From positions 48,982,001 through 49,046,000 of the forward strand of contig NC_045696.1 of the NCBI RefSeq assembly GCF_009834535.1: 64,000 nt of DNA, given 5' to 3'. Positions 11,165 through 25,029 of this stretch are shown here, one piece after another. The notes below the pieces were generated by a model. The model searched no databases. It was not told where the DNA came from and saw only the letters and a list, made by a program, of their open reading frames with translations. The stretch comes from Camelus ferus. Its lineage: Eukaryota. Position numbers and translations under genes: made by a program. Numbering within the stretch: position 1 is the first letter of the stretch; every line of letters begins with the position of its first letter.

Positions 11165-12336
11165 AGAACCTTCTCATGTGCAACAAAAATCTTGAATGAA
11201 CACTTAAAATGAGCATAAATTTAATTATTAATATATTATGTTACTTCAGAAGTGGTTAAGTCAATGGAAAATATTGTTTCAATTGTAAACGAAAAAACTT
11301 AACCATGAAAAGAAATTTGGCCAAGCTCCAAAATGTTGTATTAACTTCTTAAACTTAAACATGTTTTAAATCATTTTCTTCTATTATTTCAAGTATGAAT
11401 CAAGTTTTCCCAGCACTTGGTGGCTTTTCTATACTTGAGCTTAATATATCCACCACTTTCATATGTATAATATTAAGTGTGTATGACCCACATGAAATGA
11501 GGATCAGTCTGTTCAGAAACTACAACTTGACTGCAGATTGCTGACTTCTCACACAGGGACCATGGTTACCTAATCACTCAATTTATGTGATGAATATAGA
11601 CAGCCAAACTGAATAAAATTCACTTCAGGGATTGAATTACCTAGTTGGCTGTCTGCACTGATCAGATTTACTACATAATTATAAAACAGTAATTCCAATT
11701 GGCACTAGCTCAAATATATATACTATATATATATTACCTTGTTCACAAAGAATTACAGAATTTTTATGCTAGGGAGAGCTTAGAGACTAACCCTTTTTTT
11801 TAACAGATGAAGAGCTTGAGGACTCACACTTGCCCAATTCAATTAGTGTGTCTTAATCAGGAGCACAACACATTCTGGACTCTGAACCGCCTCAGTTATC
11901 AGTGTGGTAAATTAGCACGTTAGGCCACTTGGGTTCTAACCTTGAAACTTCTGCTGTCGTGATTTTAGGCTAGATTTTCCCAAACAAGAGGGCGTGCCTG
12001 GGGGAAGACACTGACCCTTTAGGCTGCAGCATGCCTGGGCAGGTCCTGAGGCTGCCTGAGCTCCTGGGCCAGCGACCCAAGCAAGTGTGACTATTCACCC
12101 AAGTGAGCCAAACACTATCATCTTCCATTAGAGCAGTGACATGAAGGGATTGGAAAGAACGTGATCTTTAGTATTCGAGGCAATTAAATCTAATCTACCC
12201 ATACCTCAGACACGTTCCCTGTGAAGTGATGGGCTCGGACTCTACTACTGGCACAAATACTTACCAACAGTTCTTCCATTTATTACATTCCACTGGATTC
12301 TTGGGAGGATACAGTTATGAATAAGACACAGTGCAT

Positions 12337-12600
12337 TGTATTAGTCAGAATAGGCAAGGCTATGCTATGGTAACAAATAAACACCAAAATCTCAGGGGCT
12401 TAACCTAACTCAAACCAGTGTAAGTCAAGGTGCCCTCCTCCATCTGGAACATGTGGGATCCGAGACAATGGCAGCAGGGGAAAAGAGAAATGTGGGAGAC
12501 ATACCAACTCTTCACTGCTTGACTCAGAAGTGAGACACATTAATTTTGCTCTCATTTCATTGGCCAGAATTAATTACATGTTCCTAATTGCCAGGGTGCT
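12337..12600 (-). mobile_element. MaLR LTR fragment (MLT1J/K/L-like)
   Basis: 'tgtattagtcag...gctatgctatggtaacaaataaacaccaaaatctcaggggcttaa' is the reverse-complement 3' end of old MLT1 LTRs. Confidence 0.7.
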
Positions 12601-12779
12601 GGTCATGGTTAACTTGTCCTCAGCCTCTACATTTAAGTACAGATAATGGCCCTGTTACACTTTCCAACTAGATACCTAGAGGACTGTTCAAATCTATGGT
12701 CCTTTCCTCTCTTTTAGGCAAACACGAACTACTAGTCAGTTATTACTCAGCCATTCCTAATTGTCCTTCAGTGTCAAAC

Positions 12780-13120
12780 ACAGTCACGCTGTGACTGGCC
12801 ATGCAGCTCTTATGGGTTAAAATGATAGATTATGATGCCTAAAAGACCAATTCTTGATTTGGGGAAAGAGGGAAGAACTGAGTAATAGGTTAACTTGACT
12901 GATCCTCTGAAAGCTAGTCTCACATGAAAAGAGTGGATCTCTTGCAAAGTTCCATGGAAACTGGCTACAGCCCAATGATTAAAGCCATCAATCACCATCA
13001 ACAGCAGTGCTTGTATCCCAGGTCTAATAAGTCAGGGAAGGACTGATGCTACACCCAATCTGAAATTCACCAAGGGGCAGGATAAGGCTGTAGTCAATGT
13101 GCTGCCATGTCATATAACTT
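12780..13120 (-). mobile_element. Decayed LTR-retroelement integrase remnant (Gypsy-like)
   Basis: Minus-strand translation across frameshifts gives EFQIG..ISP / GYKH / LLMVIDGFNHWAVA ... LLGIIIYHFNP*ELHG, resembling the integrase core layout QID-FIGPLP / GYKYLLVVVDYFSKWVEA / LLGI..PYHPQSNG. Confidence 0.5.
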
Positions 13121-15789
13121 TTGTAAATCAGCCTCTGAATACAGCAGAGGAGCTGGCACTTCACCAATCATGCAGTGTAAAAGCCCACAACCCAAAGGGT
13201 GAGGATAACCTCTCATGGAGTCTGATGAAGAACCCTGATAGGTTTTTGTGCACTGCCCTAGAAAGAATGGGTGTGGGAGGGGCATAGCCCACACATCTGC
13301 TACTGATCCTGTAGCAATGAATTGTCCAGAATGCTACTCTGGTAGGCCTTCTGTGATTGCTGTTTTGCAATCCATCTTTATTTGCACAACAGAGACATTA
13401 CAATTTATCATTGAACCAACAACACTGTAAGGGTGAAAGAGAGCACTGTTACTATTTACACCTGGACAGCAGTACTATCCCTGGACATCCAGGACATGTG
13501 GCGACCTTAGATACATTACCTTTCAGAGGAGAAAAATCAATCAGTGAAAGGCCTGGGATCCTGGAAATCATATCAGCACACTGAAGACATTCAGTATGGA
13601 GGGAAACCTGATAGTTCATGGCAGTTTGTGTATATTTGTGTGCATTGTAGGTAAAGGAGGACAACAGAAACTTACTCAAAGGGCCATGATATGACAAAGT
13701 GAAAGGTTTGTTCTCTTCTGCTCCAAAAAGCAGAATCATAATCAAGAAGTAGATTCAGGGTCAATATAAGAAATCAAACATCAGAGCTACTCAACCACAG
13801 AGGAGGCTCCCTCACCAGAGCACTCTGCTCATACTCCGGAAGCATGCAAGCTGAGGAAGAGTGATACCTCTCATGGGTACAGTGGGGTGTTTTCTACAAT
13901 GAGTGAGGAATTATACACATAGCTCCTAAGACTCTGAAGATTGTGTTTGCAAATGGTTATTATCATGAAAAAAATATGGTATCTTGGTTTTGTAGTATCA
14001 AAAATCTCATGCGCTGGTAAACAGTCCACAAACCAAAGAAGGCAGTGAGACCTAACACAAGAAAGGAAAATTAGAGATTTTCCGGTGTGTGACTGGTCAT
14101 CCAGGACAGGCCACAAAGGATAACACAATTCCACGCCTGCTTTGCATGCATAAAGGAAAATCATAGTAATATATTGTTACCAAGGATGCAATTAACTGGT
14201 ATTACCTCAAAAAAATGAAAGTTCAGAATTCCATTCAAAATCTGTTTACTTACATGAAATTTAAAGATTTAAGCACTAATTGAACAATGATGAAATTTTA
14301 TTAACTCTTGAATCCTTTGGCTAAATGGCATATTTGTGTATAATATTAATTCTTTTGAAATAGGGTTGAACTTTGACTAAATTAAGAAGGTGGTAAAATT
14401 TGTCTTCAAATAAACACCACCTCCTTTTCCTCCATATTGTCATCCTTGGGGCAACCCTTCTTCAAAACTTCCTCATGTTTCCCACCTCTTGTTTTTTCTT
14501 TTTTACTCTCAGAAAAGGATGGAATCAAATCAGGTCCCCTACATTTAAAATGACTAAAAAAGGTGACATCTACCATCCACCAATTATTTTATATTTTAAA
14601 TGCATTTAATTCAGTGCAATAAAATTCTAATAATGGAATTCCAGGAGTCAATCTTATCAACTAAGAGCCATTTGGAGAATTCTTGGATTATGAATTTTTG
14701 CTATGTAGGAAGCTACCAATTCTTCATACTAGGATAATCATATCCTACATTTACGTACTCTAGTTACACCAAAATAAGGCTGTTACAGTCTTCATTGATT
14801 AATAATAATAGCTGGGTATTTATTCAGGATTCCATGTACTAAGCATTGCACTAATCACACATATTATCTCATCTTTTAATCTTCACAATAAGAGTATATA
14901 CTGTTACATATATTATATAGTATATATATAGTATAAATTATATACTATTGTCACAGCACAGATAAAACTAAAGAAATTTAGGTGACAAAGATTGAGAAAC
15001 ATGTTTAAAATCGTAAGAGTAAGTGGTGTGGTTGCAACTTATCACCTGGTGTGTCAAATTCCCAACGCTGGGCTCTCAATCTATAGGCTCCACACCACAT
15101 GAACATGCTGAAACTACCCACAAGAACGTCAAATATATGTACTGAAAAAATGTATAGAAATGAGAGAGTGTCTTTTCTCTGTAACTTGCCCAATGTCTCA
15201 TATCTTGTTTTCTTCCACTGATGCTTATGCCTGTGGCAAATTTAATAAGAATTCACCCAGATATTCCAGGGCCAATTAGAGACTATTAAGCCCCTCTCAA
15301 GCTTCAATACCTTCTCCTCCCACACACCTCCCCTTTTTTCAGAAATAAATGAATTTAACACCTCATTCTTCTTTTTGATTAAATTCTTTTAGGTAAAAAT
15401 GATTTCTTTCTTCTGAAAATTAAAACATACGATTTCCTTTCTTCTATCGGTTATTTTAAACAGAAGTTTGGGTAATTTAACAGAAGAACAGAATCAATTA
15501 CCTCCATATTAACTCAGAGGGGAAAACAGTAGAAATTGAAAAGTTCTATCTGATCAGTATCGAACATCTGACCAAACTGTATGGTCAACGAGGCTCTAAA
15601 TTATCCTTCACTTTATTGCTTGTTAATGAGGAGAAACTGAAGAGATGGTTGCAGATTGAATACCAGAAGGTAGGTTCAAACACAGCTGCCCATGAGGGAG
15701 GGGGGAGCCTTGCTCATCATTCTCAAAGCCTCAGGTTTGCCCCATTGTAATAACTAGTAATCAGATTCATTCTAAGTAAGCACAAGACT

Positions 15790-18100
15790 GTGTGCCCTTT
15801 TGGACAAGTTACAGAGAGGCACACTCACACTGAGTGTGAAAGGAGGGAAATTTGTGACCACACAGAGAGAAATCAGGCAAACCATTGGAACTTTGGCTGG
15901 TTCAACTGAAAGACGAGGAAGGGAAACTGTACTTGCTAAGAAAGGATGGCAACAGCTGGTCTGTGAATGGGTCTGCCCCTCCTGCAGTCTGGTATGGCAA
16001 TCCTAGATCCATTCAAAGGCAACAGGAATAATTTTCAGAAATTTCTCCAGTTGATCCTACTGCTAAAAGGAGCTTTGGCCCTTCTTAAGGAGATGTCTCC
16101 GAGACAGGCAAAAACATCTGTGGGAAGCCATGAATGAGGCATTGACTAGTATTCAGGTTCTCATTGGATTGGATTTACAGTGTTGATAAAGGAAACTCAC
16201 TAGACAATGAGAAACTGACCCAAAGAAATCTGAATAAATGTTTGCTGTGAGCCCTGCTACCTTGGAAAACTCCCCTAGTCCTATGCTGAACAAGTCAGAA
16301 TTTAAGGGAATTTGATGATGTGGCAGTGAGTACTACAGATTAAGGTAAACTTCTTTATAAAAATTGTCTCAATGAGAATAAAGACCAAGCCAGACAATAA
16401 GCATAAACCCTGAGACCACAAGTAGGAATCAATGTGCCTGTGGCGTTGAGTTAAGGGGTCTCCAAAGGTGTACTGATGGTGTTGGTTATGATGACCTCGC
16501 TGCTTGATAATGGATTTTGATTGGATCAAAAACATTGGAGGTTCATTTGGTTGAGTCATGTACAGCTGCTGCACCACTCAAAATGGAAAGTAAATATGAC
16601 CTGCTCACTGAAGCAAGTCATTCTCTCCCTCACAAGACCCCCGATTCTCTCTCCTCCTCTAATCCAGACTCGACTGCTTTAAAGAGAAAGTTGATTAGGG
16701 GTGGAGCCAAAGTCTTCTTGTCCCCACAGGCACCAAAAAGCCATATGCACCAACCCAAGCATGCTAAGGAACAGTGGAGAGAGGACTCAAGGTTGTATGC
16801 TTTGCTGGGTAGATGGGAGTCACAGTCACCATACTACCCTTTCCAAAGATGAGGGGGTGGGGGGAATGCCCAGATTCAGATCCTGGGGTTTGGGCAGCAT
16901 TCACAGAAAGGAAGGGAAGCTAACCTGACCTGGTAGGTGGGCTCTTTGGGATGATTCAGTGTACTGTCACTGTGACTTGCGCTGCTGAATAAATAATTGG
17001 TATTGGTGTTTTACATACCTGTGCTGTGAATGCTTACAAGCACCAGAAGGGATTCTCCCATTCAGCATCTACTGCATGTAGAGAAATGCTAGAGAAACAT
17101 GTGAGTCACTCTACAACCCATGTTCCCTCCCAGGTGGTCGAACAGAAACAGAAGAGAATCCTAGTAGAAAAAGAAATTACAGCCCTTACTGAGGACTTAA
17201 AGGCCACAGGATGAAAGATGCTACATCCTTGAATGGCTAATGCAGAAGGCCAGGATGAGCTGGAGGATTAGAGTAGCTTGACCACCAGTGAATTCAGGAG
17301 TTGCTCCCATGGCCCTGGCTGTTTCAGACATTGTGACTGGAACTGAATCACTGCATAGACTAATGGCACTCGATACGCTGCCTAGGATGTTGCCAAAGCT
17401 TTATTTTCTCGGTGCTGGCACTCAGTGGCCAAAACCAATTCACATTCATATGGCTAGGCTTCCGGTATATATTTGTCAGGGCTAACTAAACTCTGACCCT
17501 ATTTGCCATCCACAAGTGGGTCGGGATTTAGCACAAGTGCCTCTACCTTATGGTGTCCAAAGCTTTCACTCTATAGTTGATCTCCTGTGGAGGTCTCTGC
17601 TAACAGCCCTGACTGCACTGTTATCATAGCTCTACCAGCAGGGGTAGCTGATAAACCCCAAAGAAATTCAGGGGCTTATTCACCAAGTAAACTTAGGGCC
17701 ATGTGGACAGATTCACAACACTCAATCTCTCTGGCAGTCAAGGAAAAACTGTTGTCTTTTAGCTGCTCCCATGCCCCTAGCAAAAAGAAGGCTCAGCACT
17801 TTATTATACTCTTTGAACACTATAGACTTGGTCCTTTTATTCACTAATCTGCAAATAAGTAGCCTTTGAATGAGGACCAACCAATGGGCTGAATTGGAAG
17901 CTGTACATCAAGGTAGGGCACATTCTCTACTTTCAGGGCCCCCGAACAATAATGACCGCTTTGAACTAAAATTCTCAGTGACTGATGATTTTGCTGATTG
18001 AAGCCTCTGGCAAAGGGCATCTGTGAAACTGTGGCCAGCTGTCTTGTTAGCTTGCAAGTGGGGTAAAATTTGAGGCCCTTTGCAGTTTATAACACCTACC
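15790..18100 (+). mobile_element. Decayed class III ERV (ERVL-like): probable 5' LTR, gag region and pol
   Basis: Pol motifs in order: EKEITALTEDLKATG; NSGVAPMALAVSDIV; QFTFIWLG; QG*LNSDPICH..VGRDL..P..V..FHSIVDLL (degenerate HYIDD); KEKLLSF..PSKKKAQ; FELKFSVTDDFAD*SLWQ. The LTR and gag part (15790-17000) is less certain. Confidence 0.75.
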
Positions 18101-18709
18101 TGATCTTGAATTTTCATATTAGAAATTTGTTAAAATGTATACTACACTGACTTCTAGTTTTGAAAAAGCATTGTTTTTTGGGGTAGAACGTTCCAGTACA
18201 CTGTTTTGTTTTGTTTTGTTTTTTCCAAAGCATCATTAACACAGTCACTCAATTTAAGTAAAGCTTCTAACTCAAGTCTCCCCTATTAGAAACAAAAGTT
18301 TATGTGTCAGAATAAATTGAAAAAGATGCAGAAATGGGCACTGAGGAGAACAGCAAAGATTTTCATCTTATTCTATTTTTTTAAAGCATTACTAAAAATA
18401 AATGATTACATATTTTATAGAAATTATCATTTTAATTAAAATGCAGACTAGAGATCTTAGTATATGAAGAAGTAACACTAGGGGCTTAAAATCCTTGAAA
18501 GCATCAGAATGTAAAGCTATTAGTTTTCATATTATCCTCTGGGCCATCTATTAAGTTCCTAGCTGAATATTAAAATATATTAATAAAAGAACAAAATACT
18601 GAATACCTTCATTTAATGTATAACTACAGGTTATAAATAGAGCTGAAAATACAATGAGTTATTTCCCCAATTCTACATTAAACAGTGCTGATGATCCAAA
18701 TGAATTTCT

Positions 18710-20480
18710 ATTTTATTTACAAACAGTAAAAATTCACTTTTTGATGTACAGTTCTGAGATGTTTTAACGTGTATAGATTCTTCAACCATCCTGCAAAAGA
18801 ATGCAGAGGAGTTCCAGCCCCCAAAAGAGTTCCCTCCGGCTGCCACCTGTGTTCAGACTCCTCACTCCTAAGCCCTGGCAAACCTTGATCTGTTCCCTAT
18901 TCCTTTTTGGGGAGTGGGGGAGCATTTCTAGAAGGCTTTATTAATGGACTCATACAGTATACAACCTTTTGAGTTTGAGTTCTTTGACTTAGCATTATTC
19001 TCTGGAGATTCATCCAAGTTCTGTTATGTATCAATAGTGCGTTCCATTTTATTGGTGATTAGCATTCCATATGTAGATTACCACAGTTTGTTTATATATT
19101 CACCCACTGAGGGACGTCTGTGATGCTTCTTGTTCTAGATGGTCATTAATAAGGTACTATAAACATTTATGTACAGTTTTTCACGTGAACATGAGCTTTC
19201 ATTTCTCTAATATACGTACCTAAAGGTGGGACTGCTGGGTCATATAGTTGAGTGTATGCTTAATTCTCGGAAAAACTGCCAAACTGTTTCCCAGAGTGAC
19301 TGTAACTTTCTGCATTCCTACAGGCAATGTACAAGAGCTGCTTTTGCTTTACATCCCTGTCAACACTGGATATCATCAGTATTTCTTATTTTAGCCAAGC
19401 TAACAGGTATGTAATGCTGTCTCAAGGTGGTTTTAATTTTTATTTCCCTAATGACACAGAGCATATTTTCATGAGCTTACTTGCCAGCTATATATCTTTT
19501 TTGGTGAAGTGCTTGTTTAAACCTTTTTTCCATTTTTTTAATTGGATCTTTTTTAAATTTTTTAATATTGAGACACTTATATATTCTGATAGAAATCCTT
19601 GGCCTGAGATTGATCAGCAAACATTTCCTCCCTGTCTGTGGTTTGTCTTTCTATTCTTTAAACAATGTCATGCATAGAGCAAAAGTTTTTACTTTTGATA
19701 AAGTTCAATTTATCAGTTATTCCTTTAATGTTGTTGTATCTAAGAATTCTTTCCTAATTAAAGGTCAAGAAGATTTTCCCCTATTTTTTTCTTCTAAGTA
19801 TTTTATAGTTTACTTTTTCATTTACAGCCATGAGGCACTTTTAGTTAAATTTTGTTTATGGAGTAAGGTGTAGGAGAAGGTTCATAGCTTTGCATGTCTA
19901 TTTCTAGTCATTCCAGTACTAGTTGTTGATAAGACTGTCCTTTATCCACTGAATTGCTATTATACCTTTGTCAAAACTCAGCCATTTTTGTATAGGTCTA
20001 TTTCTGGATTTTCCCTTCTGTTCCAATGTTCTAAGTATCTGTTCTTTCATTAGTACCACACTGCCTTGACTACTATAGCTTTATAATATGTCTTAAAATT
20101 CAATAGTGTGATTTTTTCAACTCTTTTCTTTTTAAAAATTGTTTAGCTATTCTAATTCCTCAACCTTTCCACATACATATTTATGATCATCTTGTTGATA
20201 TCTACCAAAAAAATAAATCCTGCTGAGATATAGTTTGCAATTGCATTAAATCTATAGATAAATATGGAGACAACTGACATTTTAACTATACTGAGCCTTC
20301 CAATCCACGTAGATATGTTTCTCCATTAATAGCGTCTGTATTTTATCATTTTCAGCATACCAATCCTGTAGATATTCTGTTGTATTTATTCCATAGTATT
20401 TTCATTTTGGAACTACCATAAATATTACTGAATTTTAAAATTTTAATTTCCAATTGTTCATTACTAGTGTATAAAATATA
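18710..20480 (-). mobile_element. Ancient L1M-type LINE-1 3' portion
   Basis: T-rich antisense L1 text: 'ccacagtttgtttatatattcacccactgagggac', 'aaactgccaaactgtttcccagagtgactgta', 'taccacactgccttgactactatagctttata', 'attgcattaaatctatagat'. Confidence 0.9.
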
Positions 20481-20639
20481 CACAGTATATATAATGATAA
20501 ACGCACCACTCATAGGAATGACATTCTTATTTTAACGGTAGTGTTTCCATCTCAAATGTCTCCTACTTCCCCGAAAGATATAGGACACTGGGGAATATCT
20601 AGTATTTACTCTAACCCGATTAAAACAGTTGCCAACTTA

Positions 20640-20800
20640 TTGAATCCACATAAAACTCTTATGAGGCAGATACTATTATTATCCACCTTTTACAATAAAG
20701 TAAGTAATGATCAGAGAAAGTAAGTGACTTGTCAATGGTCAGATAGCTAGTAAGTGACAGATCTGTGATTCAAATGGTGAGAGCTTAGCCCTGAAGCCTG
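20640..20800 (-). mobile_element. MIR SINE
   Basis: 'ctcttatgaggcagatactattattatccacc...aagtgacttgtcaatggtcagatagctagtaagtgacag'. Confidence 0.75.
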
Positions 20801-21103
20801 AACAAATATTGAACACACCAGACCATCTCTGAAGGCAGACTTTACATAGCCCTCTCCAACATCTTGTTCACGTGTGGCCTGGTCCTATGATTACAGTCAG
20901 CAACCTTTTCCTTCCGTCCTACAACATGAGCACACCTCGAGACTTCCATTCCTCCCCACGCTTCTACCAATCAGGACTACACAACCACAGCCAATATTCC
21001 CTCCACAAACTATTGGTCTCTATTTCAAAGGATTAAACTTCCTCCCACCATTATGAGCCCTGCTGCAAGATTTTTAAAAGTCCTTTGTTTCTTCAGGTCT
21101 TAC

Positions 21104-21179
21104 CAGATCAGAACAGGATGCAGTGAATTGAGAGCAAAGAGCCAGTTGGACAGGAATGAAAAGCGTAGTCCCAATACAG
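21104..21179 (-). other. Candidate 76-nt non-coding (5'UTR or lncRNA) exon
   Basis: Minus strand: 'ctctaacttctctacag|CTGTATTGGG...CTGATCTG|gtaaga'. Branch-like CTAAC, pyrimidine tract, CAG acceptor and GTAAGA donor in unique sequence. No ATG inside. Confidence 0.6.
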
Positions 21180-21609
21180 CTGTAGAGAAGTTAGAGCGCT
21201 GTAACATAAAGCCTGAAGTTTTTCAATACCATTCCTTGACATAAATACCTCTATGCTTATAAATTTTTGCATATCACTACAGAAAGCTATGATTTTTTTC
21301 ATCCGCCACCAAAGTCAAAAGAAGGGTGTAACAGCTTAAAATGAAGTCATTCATAGAATTACCAATCCTAATAATTTGGTTGTTTCATAAATTAATACAA
21401 GCGTAATCTAAGTCAATTTTGAATATTTTCTAGAACATACATACAAAAAATAAAATGTGAACCAAAGAATCAAAATGAGTTTTAAATGCTTCATGTGACT
21501 CTAGATTAGCTCTGACATTTTTAAAAGTACAAATGTCTTCTATTCAAGTGCCATGTTCTCCTTTCATATTGTACATATGTTATCTGCTCCAACAGTTCTA
21601 AGACTTGGT

Positions 21610-21770
21610 AGCTATCAGAACCACATTTGGATAGTGGGGCAAATAACAATGTTAAAAATACTCATTCCTGAAGCCTAGCCTCAAGAATCTTTGAGGGTGG
21701 AGCCCAAGCAAAAACATTTTGAAGAAGCTCCTCCAATGATTCTGACACCCACAAAGTTTCAGAAAGACTG
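21610..21770. mobile_element. MER5-family hAT MITE
   Basis: 'gaatctttgagggtggagcccaagc...aagctcctccaatgattctgac...aaagtttcagaaagactg'. Confidence 0.6.
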
Positions 21771-22093
21771 ATACAGAATAGACAGGTAAAATTTAAATTA
21801 ATCTTTATAACATCCCTACTCCAATATTAAACTCTTATTCATATTGACCTTTGTGTTGATGTCTTTCCTAATTTTCTACTGCTTGAATATCTCTTTGGAG
21901 AAAAGTACAGTGTTGGTTCTTCAATATAAACATGTGTTTTCTCACATTCCTTCCTAGAACAAAATAGCATAAATAAGCATAATTATGACTTAAAGAAGAA
22001 TCTGGTTCTAACTGATATAGGTAAATGTAATACCCCATTTTGTTTATTTATTTACTTGTGAGTTAAAACATTTCTTGTCAATTTATTTTCTGG

Positions 22094-22121
22094 ATATATA
22101 TATATATATGTGTATGTATAT

Positions 22122-22154
<33 letters not shown>

Positions 22155-22214
22155 AAATTCCCTCTCTCTCATATACATATATATATATATTTATATATAT
22201 ATATATATATATAT
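22094..22214. repeat. Compound (TA)n/(CA)n/(CT)n microsatellite
   Basis: Directly visible alternating dinucleotide runs. Confidence 0.9.
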
Positions 22215-22259
22215 TTGAATACATGAGGCATTTAAAAAGATTGGCAGCTAGATAATTTA

Positions 22260-22730
22260 AAATCTTTTCTTACCATGTAGCCTTTTGGCTTTTTATATAT
22301 CATCTGCTAAAACTCAACCAGTTAACAAAAAAAAAAAATTGTGTTGAAATCATTGAAGAAATACTGAAATATGTCATGTGCATTTGCTTCAAAAACATCT
22401 TTAATAGCTCTGTTAATACTTGTCAGTCATCATGTATTCTTGATCTTCTTGGTTATTTAAACATAACTTCCAGTTCCTTGTTGAAGTCTTTTTCTAGTAC
22501 CTTCAGTATCTTCTACATAACTGCACATTTTCCACATTAAAATCAGAACTCCTTTCCATTTGATTTGTCTTCATAGCCCTTCAATTGCCAAAGTTGCTAC
22601 TACAATTCACAAAATATTCAAATTTCAAACTTTCTTGTCATTTGTTGAATCAAAACAGTCACCTGAACGCTTTTTGAATCACTTTATTGTATGTTTATTT
22701 CTGCCAGGCAAACCATTTCAGGATGCCTAA
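22260..22730 (-). mobile_element. Possible decayed pogo/Tigger transposase fragment
   Basis: Minus strand reads FAWQK*TYNKVIQKAFR, similar to the AW....I.K.F motif at the C-terminal side of Tigger DDE domains. Many stops. Confidence 0.35.
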
Positions 22731-24490
22731 CAATAAATTACCACCTGTCTAAAGAAGTCATGCTATTTGAAGGGCTTTTCTAAGCTTAACTCCTTAAAGT
22801 AAAATGTAACAGGTTCATTTAACATTTCTTCAGAAAGAGGAGCATACACAATGCAAAGCAAACTGTTTATATGGTATGTCATACTAGTATCTTAAGACAT
22901 GTTACAGTGACTTTTCTGAAAGCAACGGTAGTCATTCAAAAACAGAAATGGAACCTAGAATATAAAGAGAATTAAACTTGAAGCAGAGAGACAGAACACC
23001 GAGCTTCAAAATAACTCCTTTAGGAACACGCTTCCAAACATACTATTAAGTACATTCAAAAAGTTCCAGGTCAGAGGTTAAAGAACTTGTGGAACTCACA
23101 GAAAATGTACAACTTTCAACCCCATGAATTTTTATCACTGCAAGGAATTGAAATAAATACTACAAGTTTGTTTTCAGTCTCTGCCTACTGTCACGGAGAA
23201 TAACCCAGCTGCACGATTTCTATGCCCTGGCAGCCTAAGAAGGTACTGACATTTAGGTGCTGTGATCAGAGCAATGCCTTTAATCCTGCACATGAAGACA
23301 TCTAGACTCAATAAGTTATCAGATACTAATCCATAAGTGACAAGAAGGCTTAATGACATTGGCAGTCATATGATCCTACTCCCAGGGCTGTGCCCAACTC
23401 TCCTAGGTAAATGAGCCCACAGCTCCATTCATAAAAGTGCCCGGGTAAGGAGATGAAAATCCTACTTCCATTGCACGTTCCCAGTTCTTTAGGTCGAGCA
23501 TTTTCCATTCTAGTCAAACTATCCATGTCCTGACAACAGTGATCAGACATAAGGTACACATGGTTGTCACAAACACCTCATCATTTAACTATTCCTGATT
23601 TTTCATCAGGAGGCTAAATTATTAAACAAAAGAAAATTATGGAAGCATATGGGATCCATTAAAATAATATCATTGTGGAAAATGAATGATGGAGTACTTC
23701 TCAGAGGCTAGTAAAGAGGCCAACCATGATTACCCTCTCCTTGGCCAGGGCAGATTCTGTCTGCCAGATTAACATCCCCTAAGAAGAGAAAATAATTGCC
23801 ATGTTGAATCATAACTTGTCTTTAATTGCCTTCTTTGGGTGAAAAGAAGCAAACTGAAAGTAACAAATCTATTTTGAAGAAGAAAATGTATTGTTATTGG
23901 TCTCTCTTTCCCACCCCAAATCCTAGACAGGGAACGGCTTTGGGAGAAGCTATTACTTGTATGCTATTACTTCATTACACAAATCAATAGCTGTTCAATT
24001 GTGAATAAAGCAGACGCAGGCAGAGACTATGAAAAGTCACCCGGGCCAGCCAGTATAGATTTTAGCAAACTGATTTTGCTGGGTTTCCATGCAAAGTCCT
24101 AAAATAGATAATTTAAAAAACCACTTTAAAAAAACCTCTCCTCTGGCATAGAGGTCAAAGCTGGTGTTTGATTTTCTGAATACTGTTCTCAGCGGAACTC
24201 TAATCTGCCTTGAAGGAAAACTGCAGTCATTATTTATATTTCACCTGTGAGAGCTAAATAAATATTTACTAACAAAGAATGTTGATACATACTTCAGATA
24301 TAGATTTTCCTATGATTTTCCTGTCTACTTTCAATTTGGTGGTTAAGGATTTTCTGAGCTTTTAGTTGTGATGGAAAATTCTGTGCAGTCACAGATAGAG
24401 AAAAACTAGGTTTAGCTACCTATGCAGACTCCATGCTGTATCAAAGGAGTCATAGCTGAAGGCCCTTGATTGTTCAGAATACCAGCTTTT

Positions 24491-24718
24491 GGGATTAAGA
24501 GGCACAAACCTCCAGTTATATAATAAATAAGTCACATGGATGTGATACAGCATAAGGGATGTGGTCAATAATACCATAATACTTTTGTATGGAGACAGAT
24601 AGTAACTAGACTTATGATGATCATTTCATGACGCATGCAAATGTCAAATCAGTATGTAGTACACCTGAAGCTAATGTGATACTGTACATAAACTACATCT
24701 CAATTAAAAAGAAAAAGA
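24491..24718 (+). mobile_element. L1 3'UTR fragment (older subfamily)
   Basis: 'aaacctccagttatataataaataagtcacatggatgtg...tacacctgaagctaatgtgatactgtacataaactacatctcaattaaaaagaaaaag'. Confidence 0.85.
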
Positions 24719-25029
24719 GTATCACCTTCCACTGGCATCAAGAGGACAGAGTGAGGATTCTTAACTTTATTTAAGTCACTGACATTCAGCTCTCCATGCT
24801 AAATTACCTAAGCTAGCTAATGCCCCCTTCCCTTTGTCCTACTCATATTGTTGGGAACCTTCTTCAGAGAGAAGTATCATGGCACCTCTTGCATGTAATC
24901 AATCTATCTTTTCCAAATCTGCACAAAAATATCTCCTCCATTTGAATATGCATCTTCCAAAAAATATTTCCTATATACCAGAATATTCTTGTCACTCTGG
25001 GACCTTCAGAACTTGAATTAACACTTCTC

